Assembly (NCBI GenBank): GCA_964035545.1
Contig: OZ037767.1
Span: forward strand, 15,008,998 to 15,072,997
Direction of reading: 5' to 3'
DNA: 64,000 bases
DNA from: Bugula neritina
Lineage: Eukaryota > Animalia > Bryozoa
Part shown: positions 10,751 to 23,610 of the stretch, piece after piece
Position numbering within the stretch: position 1 is the stretch's first letter
Layout: each line of letters starts with the position of its first letter
Notes under the pieces: model-generated
Told to the model about the DNA's origin: nothing
What the model saw: only the letters and a program-made list of their open reading frames with translations
The model's database searches: none
Translations under genes and position numbers: made by a program

Positions 10751-13165
10751 GGTACTGATGACCTCAATAGGGCAATTATCTCTTGAAGTCAAATCTTTAA
10801 GAACTCAATCCCAACACCAGAACCAGTAATTAGAGGTACTCAGAGCAACAAAGAAAACTCATCTCTCAGGCTGATAGGATTAAGAAAGTGTTACAAACAC
10901 CAGAAACTATAATTAGGGGTATCAAAAGAAGCTCATCTGAAAAAAGAGTTACAAATTTGCTTGAGGTAATAACACACTATACTGAGAGCACTGAGTTTTG
11001 GGGTAATTTAGTAATTGTAATGACGTCACAAGTGAACAAACTTTTTCCCCCAACACTTTTTGACTTGAGGTTTACTTTTATTTTAGCTGATCTAACAAAT
11101 ATTTGCTTTACCTGTAAAAATATTTTTATGAAATGTATATTTTTGCTGAAACCTGCTATAATGTTTTAGCTGATAATCGGTTTTTGCAAGGTATAAAACA
11201 ACTTTTATATATACCAACTAGATTTTTCAAATATATATATTATCTTAACTAAAACCAAAGCATTGACTTGTACGAAAAAACTAATTTTAGGCCAGTGTAT
11301 TTTTATTCCTTTTATATCTAAGTTTTACATATGTTATAGTTCAAATTGTTTAGAAACTAATACTTGCTTTGCCTGTTTCCTTGAAATTTATGGGTAGTTA
11401 GTGCATAAATAAATTCCTTTGATCTAAATTAACTCATGCATTTTGCATTTTTTATACTTCTTGTTGAAAAAATAAGATTTCCATAAGAAGTATTCATTAA
11501 AAAATGATGTCTATTGTAATTCATTCCTGTTTTCCATCCCACACAATTTTGTGAAAATTGGAATACAATTCCATATAATATTAATTATTATTAAATGTTA
11601 TTTTGAGTTTAGCAATCAATACAACAGCCATATATGTATATATAGGTATATTACTATAAGTTATATATTGCACCAAAATATAAATAGCATCTAACTGGGA
11701 AAAGTCTTCATCTGGGATGAAATCCTTTCAAATAAATATAATGTAAGAGTTCAACAAATAGTCTAGATTAATCTCACAGGAGATGAAGTTTTAGCAATAA
11801 TTATCTTGAACATTTTGTACCAGAATTATAATTATGTAATAAGATCTTCTTCCAAAGAACTCACTGTACCAGAGAGAAAGCTGTATAATTGCTGACCAAT
11901 CAGAGAGGATTAAAATTTGAGAAACTCAGATAGCTAAAAATCAAAGGCTGTAGTTAAAGAATTGCATAATTGAGTAGCTGTCATTAGCTGGTACTCATAC
12001 AGTAAGTTTTGGGTACATACTTGTGAGCTCAACATAAAGCGTTCTTTCTCATTAAACAAGAAGTAGGTTTATAGAGAGCAGTCTGAGGTGCATAGGTTGT
12101 CTTCAATATTCAAAGAATTATAGCCTATACAAAGAAGTAGTTGACTCTAGTTCTGTTTCTCTGAATAGTGATACAATACTGCATCAGACTTGTTGAGCAG
12201 CTCTGCTTGAGACAAACTGTTAATTTAATTATTAAACCACTAGGTACAAATTAATGCAGATAAAATATACAGGGTGTGTGCTTTGATTAGTTATACTCTA
12301 AAATGACAGGATATGAAATTTCCTCTGGCCAGAGTGTTTTATACATGCTTTTTTAATATTTAAAACAGGGGTGTCCAACCTTTTCAGATTGAGGGCCACT
12401 GAAACTGAAATGGAATACTCCGATGGCAAGTGTTACATTGTAAAAGTTAGTTTGAGCTGGAGGCCACAGCATCAGCAATTTTCAAAATACTTTGTTCTAA
12501 ATTCTTATGAATCATTACATAGTTAAGTCATAATTCGTTGCAAAATGTATACAAATAAGATATTTAAACGGTGGCTTTTTACTCTAACTCATTGGTGTGT
12601 AAAAATATTTTATTGGTTGTGCCCTTGAGGGTCAAATGTAGGCTGCCCCCATCTAGCCCTGATTAAAATTATCACTATAATTTGCTGGTTTTCAAAAATT
12701 GAAAAAATATTAAAAGGGAAAATGAGTGGCATATAAGAGTGCTGGCCTATATAATATACATACTGTATATATGTAAGGTCAGTGTTTCAAATACTAGCAC
12801 TGAGTTTGGGATCATCCAATCATAAATTTGGGTTAGAATCCCAGTTGGGGAAAGTATTTTGTACATATTGAAAATCTCCTGGGAATATACGAGCTCTAAG
12901 CCCGAACTTGTAGATTTTTATGGATAATTAAATTTAATTTATTAATTAGTTGCAGTTGTAAATTAAAACTTTTAGGTGAAATTAGGTTTCGTTGTTTTCC
13001 TGCATGACTTTTGAGCAATACCAGGTAATTTTATCTTGATAACTATTATTAGTATAAAGTTTTCAAAGCAGAAATAAAGTATTTGAAGTCAACATCATAT
13101 TGCCTTTTTTTCATGTTTAGTGTTTAAAGGAAAAGACACATTTGATTTCAATTTATAGCAAATAA

Positions 13166-13275
13166 TTTATTCTAAAAGTACATGTTTATAAATATAATAG
13201 TATTTGCTACCATCACTAACAAAATATTTACAAATTACAAAGCAGCAAAACCCATCTATTACTGATAAAAAAAAA
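13166..13275 (-). promoter_or_regulatory. 3'UTR module: CPE - Pumilio element - AAUAAA (copy C; paralogous positions in B, D, E, F, G)
   Basis: Minus strand reads U-run+AU CPE (13275-13265), UGUAAAUA (13232-13225) and AAUAAA (13171-13166). The hexamer is also at 7306-7311 and 23338-23343. The AT-rich background lowers the significance of these motifs. Confidence 0.45.
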
Positions 13276-13408
13276 GCCTAAAAAGGTTTAAGATGATTTG
13301 GCTAAAACTTGTGAAGTAAATTATAACACAACGTATTGGTTACAAGGAGAGGGGGAGGGGCGAGCCTGTGAATAAATATAAAGCTAGTTGATGAGTTGAT
13401 GTTGATGT

Positions 13409-16400
13409 TCAGTCTGTCTGTGTAGACACAGATCTGGTAGATTTCACAGGACGCTTCCTAGCAACAGGTATGTGTTTTTGTTCACACAATAAGTGACAGT
13501 CCAGCCAACAGCGTTCACAAAAGTACTGAAACATGGAAAATACATTCATTGTACTTCATAAACAAAATGAAGGCTGACCTTGAAAAAGAAAAGTATTCAT
13601 AGACATGAGACGCCATATAACTTAAATATTTCTATATTTGCAAAATATGCCTATACCACATGAAAAATAGAAGTAATCTTCAACCATTAGTACTTCAGTA
13701 AAACTGGATATGTATCAATTGTGTGGTAATAATTTAGAAGTATAAAGACATTGGCTACCGGGTATTTTACCTGAAAGCATGACGAGTGTTTACAGAAGAA
13801 GGGTCCCTCTCTCAACATACAATTACCACAGAGAGAATCTTTTACAATGTGCGGATTAATCTGTATCTACAACACAATTTGTACTGTTATAATCAGTATA
13901 GAAACAACCAACATAATATTGTTGCACCTTGAAATATTATACAAGAAATATTGTAGAACAATCAAAAAATAAAATAGCAAACCATTGAATAAAGGATTGA
14001 AATTGTTGCAACATTGCCAAATTATTACAGTTAGTCAAAAACTAATTAGAAACAATTACGGCTAAGCTGAATATATAACCAAGTTACTTGTCAAAATACC
14101 TGTTTTTGAAAGCCTATCGTATTAATAAATAGACATCCTTCCTCCACAGCCATTTTATAACTATTTTTGCATAGAAACTGCACTCGACCAGAACCTGAAA
14201 TATTATCATATTTACTTTGCACCAGTAACACCATGTTACAGAGTAACACATTATTTTAATGTTTATTTAGATTATAGTGTATGTTTGCAAGCTGCTTACA
14301 TATAAACTTTAGTAAATAACTACAGTAGGTATATATTAAATTAACTTAAGTATGAGGGTCAGTCTTACCAATTGGGTATTTGTTCTTATCCGTGTCTATG
14401 CTTGCTGATATTACCCTCCCATAAACTTCTTTCATTATTTTTGCCAACATGCTGGCCGTAATCTTTCCATGTAATCCGCCTACAAATATGCTGTTCCCTT
14501 CTCCAATATTTTTTCTAGCCGTGAGATGAAAGTTATTATTTATATCCCAAGGGATTATCTCCACCTGGTAAACATTAAACTTTTCAAGTATATGGCATAG
14601 TCATTATAATTTATAAACAAAACTATACATTACAACCACTACACACATTTCATGTAAGGACAAATAGAATAAACAACTGATTATTCACCTTTTTACCCCT
14701 AATAGTAATTTTCCTTTCTCCATATTCTGATTGAAGCAATCTCAGCATACTATCCACAGTTTGACCATCTTCAAATACTGCATAAGCATATCCTTCAAAA
14801 AGAAGTGATATTATGGAATGAACGATTGTAAAGTTTTTTCTTGCACCAGATTAGGCTTGGGGACTGCACTTCACCTGGGCTATAGGATTTGTGCCAGTTT
14901 CCTCTGCTGGTTTTTATTACTAACTCAACTTCAAAGCTAGCTTGACTCAGTTGTATAGCTAACTAATTAGCAATCAGTTTCTTACTAAGAACAGAACCGA
15001 TGAGTTTCACAGGTGGTTTAATAAGAAAGGTTGGTCTGTTATATAAGAAAAATAAAGATGAAATACAACCCTTGCAACTTTCTGGCTTAATTATTTACTC
15101 AACTGGCAGGACAAGAAGTGAAAATTTGTGCCCGGTTTCTCCACTCAACTTTAAAGCTAGCTTGACTCAGCTGTACTGCTAACTACCGTTAGTTATTATA
15201 GCAAGCAAGTAGAAGAAAATTAGCAATCAGTATCTTACTAGGAACAGAACCAAATGGTTTAACTGTTGGTTAAATAAGAAAGGTTGGTCTGTTATATAAG
15301 AAAAATAAAGATGAAAAACAACGGTTGCAACTTTCTAGCCTAATTATTAACTCAACTGGCAGGACAAGAAGTGAAAATTTCATAGAGACCATATCTTAAA
15401 TTGGATTCAGTGAGTACAATACAACTAAATTTTTTTTGCAGATTGAATGCAGCTTATTAATTTTAAATTTCAACCACAGCGTTCTTTCTGGTAGTAGTTG
15501 GGATAGTTATAAATACTATAGCTATAGCTATTAATGAAAGTAGAAAAGCTGATTGGGTTTATTAGAAATATAGCCGCATTGACGGTAAAAAAACATGGAG
15601 GGGTGTAAGTTCATAAATTTTATCAATTCTGCCCAGTCTACCAAAGAAGTTCAAAAACAACTAAACTTAAGTAGTAACTTCTGCATAGTTATAGATCAGG
15701 GGTGGGCAATTTCTTATCTTTGAGGACCAAATTAAAAAGTCAAATAAAATGATTGTACACATAATAGAACCTATGCTGATCGATGTGCTAATCAGAATAG
15801 CAATGACACTGAAAAATGGGCAAAGAGTCACAAGTGGCAATGGGACTCCCAGTTGCCCACCCCTGCTGTAGATGAACAGGTAATTATATATCTGAGATGT
15901 AAAAATGTTGTCCCCACTGGGATTCAAACCCTAGGCATTTCACTAACCATTACACAAAAAGATTCCTAACGACATGATACTATTAAGATAATATTATATT
16001 TGCTATCTTACCAGATAATAAACCTCTGCTAGGTAGTTGAAGTTGGACTTTTCCAAATATCTCCAATGCTAACTTTATCTCGTCTGAAATGTTTACATAT
16101 AACTATAATATTATTCATAACTAACATTAACTTTGGAATTTACTCTCACAGCTAACCTATAAACTAGATTTACAGCTATTCTAAAGGACAACGTTAAACA
16201 ATTAAACAGACCTTTAGTCACGTGCTTTGGTATTCCTCCAAGAAAAACTTTGCAAGAATAGCGGGGATTTTCGTTTTCAATTGGCATCTCACCTCGCCAT
16301 TCGTGTGTTGCTGTCAGAAATTCTACAAAAAATATTTGACAAATTAAATTAAACTTAAGTCTATAGTGCCACAAGGCTAAAATGATACATAATGTTAATA

Positions 16401-16784
16401 GAAAACAAGAAAACTTGATTGTTGCAGATTATTAGACGTATGAAACTATACTGTTAGCTTATATTGGTCTTGAATAAGCTGTTTTATGTAACTCTATGTA
16501 ACTAAAAAACAGACTAAAACTACTATTGCACTGCTATAATGAAATATAATATTTTCTGGAGTATGACTTAAAAAATTGCTATTAAAATTGTTTCTGTTGT
16601 CTTTGCAATGAAAATATATTTCACAAGCAAATTCAGTAAAAACAAATGTGATTTCATTTTCAAATCTCTGTTAAAACTTTCTTTAACTTTCTGAAGTTGT
16701 ATATATCATACAAAGTATATAATATATATGCTCTAAAGTATTTAATATGTAACTTTATGTACTATACTGAGTCTTACCAGCCAT
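13409..16784 (-). CDS. CPEB1: CPEB1/Orb-like protein, copy C, 8 exons
   Basis: Exons 16784-16778, 16322-16212, 16083-16012, 14792-14689, 14564-14369, 14194-14100, 13866-13771, 13525-13409. Exon lengths match copy B (7/111/72/104/196/95/96/117 nt) and the frame is open. Confidence 0.9.
15697..15865. mobile_element. hAT-like MITE in intron 3 of the CPEB-like gene
   Basis: Perfect 13-bp TIRs CAGGGGTGGGCAA / TTGCCCACCCCTG, with flanks TTATAGAT / CTGTAGAT (decayed 8-bp TSD). Paralogues lie at about 9528-9697, 25635-25799, 35080-35243 and 43733-43897, with a partial copy at 53070-53144. Absent from the shortened intron of copy A. Confidence 0.75.
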
Positions 16785-16858
16785 ATTGTACTGTGATGGT
16801 GATTGAAGGATCTGTTGGTAAACTCTGAGAGATGTATTCTTTGCTGTAAGAAGTCAAG

Positions 16859-16896
16859 AACTGAAGAGATCACCCAGAAGACCTCCATAATATATA
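16859..16896 (-). promoter_or_regulatory. Putative TATA + Inr, copy C
   Basis: Same spacing as copy A; TATA variant TATATATTA. Confidence 0.45.
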
Positions 16897-19800
16897 GGTA
16901 CTGATGACCTCAATAGGGCAATTATCTCTTGAAGTCAAATCTTTAAGAACTCAATCACAACACCAGAACCAGTAATTAGAGGTACTCAGAGTAACAAAGA
17001 AAACTCATCTCTTAAGCTGGTAGGATTAAGAAAGTGTTACAAACACCAGAACCTGTAATTAGGGGTATCAAAAGAAGCTCATTTGAAGAAAGAGTTACAA
17101 AGTTGCTCGAGGTAATAACACACTATACTGAGAGCACTGAGTTTTGGGGTAATTTAGTAACTGTGATGACATTATAAGTGGACAAACCTTTCCCCAACAC
17201 TTTTTGACTTGAGGTTTACTTTTATTTCAGCTGATCTAACAAATATTTGCTTTACCTCTAAGAATATTTTTATGAAATGTATATTTTTGCTGAAACCAGC
17301 TATAATGTTTTAGCTGATAATTAGTTTTTGCATAGTATAAAATAACTTTTATATTACAACTAGATTTTTCAAATACATATATCTTAATAAATGTTATATG
17401 ACTTTTTAAAACTTCATAAATGCAATAGTAATTAACTAGCCATTAGGGTTACTAGAGTTTGTTAGAGTTATGAATTTTACCAAAATCTTATTGATTATGC
17501 AGATAAAAACATTTATATAACCAAAACCAAAGCATTGACTTTCATAAAAAAAACTGCTGATTAGTCTAGAATCTAGCCATTCTCGAGCCAACACAAAAGT
17601 AAATAATTGACTTGTAAAAGTTTTGGTTAAGGCTTGGAATAAGCTTTTATAATAATATATAAGTAAAAAGGTAACTAAAATTTTCAGCAGTTAGATATTA
17701 TTTAACAGCGTAATTGATAAAGCAAGCAAAGTGTTTTTAGAGTTCTTTGCAAATTGTTTATGGTGTCTTACCCTGAGCTAATATCTTTAAATAAACTACA
17801 ACATATATAACAGACGGAAGCACAACAATAATGGCAAAAAATTTAGGACTAAATTGTCAAAAGTCTAAAATAATGAAAACTATTTTATATTTTGTACATT
17901 ATGATTAAAACTATTGCAAAGCAATTTTAGGCCAGTGTATTTCTATTTCTCTAGCTGATTTTAACACATTGTTCACTATTATAATTATTATAGTCAAAAT
18001 AGTATATATACTACTTGCTTTGCCTGTTTTCTTCTCTTTGTAGACATTTCAATTATTTTGGCATAATTTGTCAAGTTTCTTCAAATTTATGAGTATTTAG
18101 CGCAAAAATAAATTTCCTTGACTTAAATTAATTTATTAATTTTGCATTATCTATACTTCTTGTTTGAAAAAATAAGATTTCCATAAGAAGTATTTGTTAA
18201 AAATGATGTCTATTGTAGGCTAATGTATTTCTGTTTTCTACCCCACAGAACTTGGTGAAAGTTGGAAAACAATTACATATAATATTAATACTTAATAAAT
18301 GTTATTTCCAGCTTAGCAATCAATACAACAGCTATATAATATGTATATATATATAGGTATATTACTATAAGTTATATATTGCACCAAAATATAAATAGCA
18401 TCTAACTGGGAAATGTCTATATCTGGGATGAAACCCTTTCAGATAAATACAATGTAAGAGTTCAACAAATAGTCTAGTTTAATCTCACAGGAGATGAAGT
18501 TTTAGCATTAATTATTTTGAACATTTTGTACCAGAATTATAATTATGTAACAATAAGATCTTCTTCCAAAGGACTCTCTGTACCAGAGAAAAAGCTGTAT
18601 AATTGCTGACCAATCAGAGAGGATTAAAAATTGAGAAACTCAGATAGCTAAAAGTCAAAAGCTGTATAGTTAAAGAATTACATAATAGAGTAGCTGTCAT
18701 ACAGTAAGTTTTGAGTACATGCATGTTAGCTGAACATAAATAACTCTTTCTCATTAAACAAGAAATAGGTTCATAAAGAGCAGTCTGAGGTGCATAGGTT
18801 GTCTTCAACAATCAAAGAATTATCGTCTATACAAAGAAGTAGTAGACTTTAGTTCTGTTTCTCTGAATAGTGATTCGATACTGCATCAGACTTGTTGAGC
18901 AGCTCTGCTTGAGACAAACTGTTACTTTAATTATTAAACCACTAGATACAAATTAATGCAGATAAAATATACAGGGTGTGTGCTTTGATTAGTTATACTC
19001 TAAAATGGCAAGATATGAAATTTCTTCTGACCAGAGTGTTTTATACATATTTTTTTAATATCTAACTTTTCTAGATCGAGGGCCACTGAAAGGGAATATT
19101 CTCATGGCAAGTGCCACATTGTAAAAGTTAGTTTGAGCTGAGGGGCCACAGCATCAGCAATTTTCAAAATACTTTATTCTAAAATTTTATGAATAATTAT
19201 ATAATAAAGTCATAATAGGTACTGCAGGCTGCATTTGTTACAATATGTATACAAATAAGATATTTAAACAGTGGCTTTTTACTCTAATTCATTGGTGTGT
19301 AAAAAATATTTTATTTGTTGTGCCTTTAATAAATGTAGGCTGCCCCCCCCCATCCGGCCCTGGGGTCATTTGTTAAACAGCCCTGATCTAAACTATCACT
19401 ATAACTTGCTTGTTTTAAAAAAAAATTGAAAAAATGTTTAAAGGGGAAAATGAGTGCTGGCCTATATAACATATATACATATATGTGAGGTCAGTGTTTC
19501 AAATACTAGCACTGAGTTTGGGATCATCCGATCATAAATTTGGGTTTGATTCCCAGTGGGGGAAATTATTTTGTGCATATTGAAAGATGTCTTGGTTTGA
19601 AAATCTCCTGGGATTACACTAGCTCTAAGCACCGATTTGTATATTTTTATGGATAAGTTATTGACCACTATTAGTTACTGTTGTATATTAGAATTTATAA
19701 AGAAAGTTAAGTTTTTATTTCACTCCAAGAGATACAAATATGATTGAATTTACGGCAAAATTTAGCAAATATAATAAGCTAGTTTCAGGTATGAAATCAT

Positions 19801-20256
19801 TCAGTGCTTTAACAAACCTCTCTTATATTATAATTGATTTTATAAACAGTAACTATTACTACACAGGTTAGACTGTACATTAAGGTCTTGGAAGAGTCTA
19901 TACATTCCTAATATTTTGCCTAAAACTTAGAATAAATAGTATTAGCAGCGAGATTTAAGGCACATAAAAGTGGATTTTTAAACTAAGGGAATTGTGTTTT
20001 CATGACTTTACAACAGATAGATAGATGGAAACTACACATGAGAAGAGAGAACAACTCCCAGTCATAAACTATGAGTCAGTTTTCAGTGTCTTGCCATAAG
20101 AAGCGTAACTCTACATGTACAAACATATGTATATGGTACATTGGTTTGTGTGTTTCAATGATTCGCAGTAGATGTGGCAACTGCTTGACTGCTAATTTCA
20201 TGGGTCTCATTTCTATTTATTTGACTTGAAACATCACGAACCAATTTGCTGTTTGT

Positions 20257-21583
20257 TTAAATTGTTTGTTCATAAGTTTCTTTAACTGCTGTATCTGTAA
20301 AAACTGCTGCAGTTCTTATTGGTGGCTTTTCTTTTGTCAGATTAACATCAGCTAAAAAATTAGCAAAGCTTGTGCATCAACAGAATCTACTGAGCAAAAA
20401 AATAAAATACATCTTTGCATAGATCATTTGCTAAGTCACATTTCTGATTATAAATTTTTCAAATTTTTTTTATTTTTTATACATTTTGCAACACTAATAG
20501 ATTCAATTAATAAGAAAACTAATCCAAAGACCTCTTTCATAAAATTCTTTAATTTTTTTTTGCAATTTAGTATGTTATATTTGTTATACTTATAATATGC
20601 AACTAATTATAAAACCAGAATATGATGGATGCAAATAAATTCAACCAGAATAATATATTATTATTCTTATAATATAATAATATATTATCATATTACTACA
20701 TTACATAAATACTACATGTAACATAATATATTGCACTTATAAAAGTAGACTACTATATGAATAAAGCAGTATACAAATAAATGTACAACAACATTATAAA
20801 AACAAGGAAATTTACCTTCCAATGTGTTTGGAACATGAGGAGGTTCAACATCATAACTAAAATATTAACAAATAAATAACGTCTACAATTCTTGGTTGTG
20901 AAAGCTATCAGCCAACAGATTTAGAAATGTGCTTTATAAGCAATAAATTTAAGAAAAATTGCGTTGCTTTTAGAACCAACATATCATAATTTTTGAGCAT
21001 CATTATTTACACCTAATTAATATATACAAGAGCAGCCTGTGAAATGACTGATTCCTATAATACAGTATTAGAATAGTAGCTGCCTTTATAATCTGTGCAG
21101 ATGTACGTATAGTTTTAGTTAAAAATACTCGCAAATATCCCATAAGCCTTTGCAGACCCGTCTTTGGCTTCTCAACAAGGAAACATTTATCTGAAATTAT
21201 AACAGAAAAGTATCAGTTTATGTTGAGGTAAAAGCTAATATTTTCTCATATGCATAGCATATTACGAGAAAATAAAGGGGATATTCATGTTTAATATGAT
21301 TTGGATAAACTGCATGTTGGACTCTATCAACATGTATAAATTAAAGCGTCACTAGACTATCCGTGAAATGTAGTATAATATATACTATATAGTTTTGACT
21401 CAACTGGTTTAGTTGGTATATACATTAAAACTAAAAAAATCACCCCTACCCGTAGATAATCCGAAATCGCCCTAGCTTACATAACTATTGGACATACAGC
21501 TGCAGTAACTGAAGAAATACGTTATATGGAAAAAGTTGTAGTAATGAATATGTTGCTTACCCAGTTCTTCAAGGTTTAGTATG
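20257..21583 (-). CDS. Unidentified multi-exon gene or gene fragment (at least 4 exons), copy 1
   Basis: Exons 21583-21561, 21190-21133 (GC donor), 20856-20816 and 20351-20257 splice in phase to ...ILNLEELDKCFLVEKPKTGLQRLMGYFYDVEPPHVPNTLEADVNLTKEKPPIRTAAVFTDTAVKETYEQTI*. The start codon was not established. Confidence 0.55.
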
Positions 21584-22464
21584 CTGTTCCAAATACAAAA
21601 CAGGTGAGATAATAATACAGAGAAATTCATATTAATATTACATTTACATCAATATAATCATAGCAATACAGTACATGTTAAGATAACATCTACTATAGCT
21701 GTGTACACAAAATTGCTGCAAGTGAAGTGGGCAACAATGGTTTTTAGAATCAACATTGCGTTTTAGTTATTTACGTTAATCTTCAACAATCATTTTATAT
21801 TCATATGTTTGAATTGTTGTAGAAATATCTGATGAAATATATTAATCTATTATTTTAACTGTCTAATAAAATATTTTGTTAAAAAGCTTCATATTTTTAC
21901 ATGGTGAAAGCTTTATCATACGTTGCAATAAATTTTAGATATTATCTGCATGTTGTTCAAAGTAAATCAAGTAATTTGTGAAGTAGCAAAATTTTCTAGA
22001 AAGTGGTTTCAGTTAAAAAAAATTTGAAAATTTTCAATATGTAAGGAAATGTTCAATTAGAGATGTAAAGATTAAAAACTCATCAGCAATTACATGGCTA
22101 AATGATCTATAGCACTTTTTCTTATTTTATCCAGCATTTATTAAAAATCTCCCTTAAGACTCAAATATTTCGCACTATCTTTCGCAAGGAAGTATTTTGT
22201 AAGCTAGCAGGACTTCAGGCTGAGTATGGCGATGGCGTATCAGGCACAGTGAATCAAATTTATGATCAGTCTGAGCATGTGCAATTACCATTCTACTAAG
22301 AATCTATAGATTTACTTTTACTTTTAGTGCAACAAAAATTTGAAGTACCATACTAGAATGCTAGCATTTACGCTTTAATTTTTTGCTACTGGTTGTGGCA
22401 TTATGTTGGTAGTTCAACATATATATATACATATATGTATATACATGTATATATTATATATCTC

Positions 22465-22515
22465 AATCTGTGGACAGCAGCTGTTTCAGGATTTGTCCCT
22501 TCATCAGCACAGATC
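22465..22515 (-). ncRNA. Minimal type I hammerhead ribozyme (Penelope/retrozyme-like)
   Basis: Minus strand reads GAUCUGUG-CUGAUGA-AGGGACAAAUCCU-GAAA-CAG CUG CUG-UC-CACAGAUU. It has the full core (CUGAUGA, GAAA, GUC), stem I AUCUGUG/CACAGAU, stem II AGGG/UCCU and a short stem III ACAG/CUGU. Predicted cleavage is between 22473 and 22472. Confidence 0.8.
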
Positions 22516-23610
22516 AGAGTACCATGGCCCACACCTTCGCAATATACATTCCCATAATTATGTGGCTTCATAGAGGGCTGCTCATAGGGGCAGTGAAAAG
22601 TTTGTCTGAGTCAATATAATTATCATTGACTCAGTGAAATATTGTCAACACCTGATGGAAACAAATCATTAAATTTTCAATAATCACTGCATTTCCATGA
22701 ATGGGAATGAACCTGTACTGATGATGCCCATAGGGATTACATGGAAGGAAAGCCGCACGTTTTTATGCAATCTATACGAAGTTATCTTCTCTTCGTATAC
22801 ACCATATAATTTATGGTATAAATTGTTTATAGTTTATAGATTGTATTTTGTGTTATCTACACCATTTTTATCCTACAATCTGTACCCTATAGCAATTTAT
22901 CTCTCTACATATATTTTGCTTTGCTTTGAAAACTTTCTCATTCCCTTTATGGTATGTGTTGACATTTGTAAACTTGAAGCAGTAGCTACTATATACTAAA
23001 TTACTAACTTACAATAAATTCAAAACTCAAACTGTAAAATTTCTCTGCATGTAAGTTTTGGTAATGTGAAGTTTTCAAAGTGAAAACGAGGTATTTATAG
23101 TTTGTGAGGTTACTTTCTTTCTAAAGCTTGGTGGCTTAATAACCACTTGTGCTTCCTTTTTTGCGCATGAGTTTTAAGCAATAACAAATTATCTTATCTT
23201 GATTCATGTACAATTTCTCTGCATTTAACTTTTAGTAGTGTAAAGTAAAAATAAAGTATTTGAAGTCAACATCATATTGCCTTTTTCTTAATGCTTAGTG
23301 TTTAAAGGAAAAGACATACTAGATTTATAGCAAATAATTTATTCTAAAAGTACATGTTTATAAATACAATATTATTTGCTACCATCACTAACATAATATT
23401 TACAAATATACAAAGCAGCAAAACTTATCTATTACTGATAAAACGAAGCTTAAAAAGGTTTAATATAATTTGGCTAAAACTTTTGAAGTAAATTATAACA
23501 CAACTTGTTGGTTACAGGGAGGGGGGAGAGAGGGAGGAAGGAAAGGAGGGAGGGAGGGGCAAGTCTGTGAATAAATATAAAGCTAGTTGATGTGTTGATG
23601 CCGTGGATAT

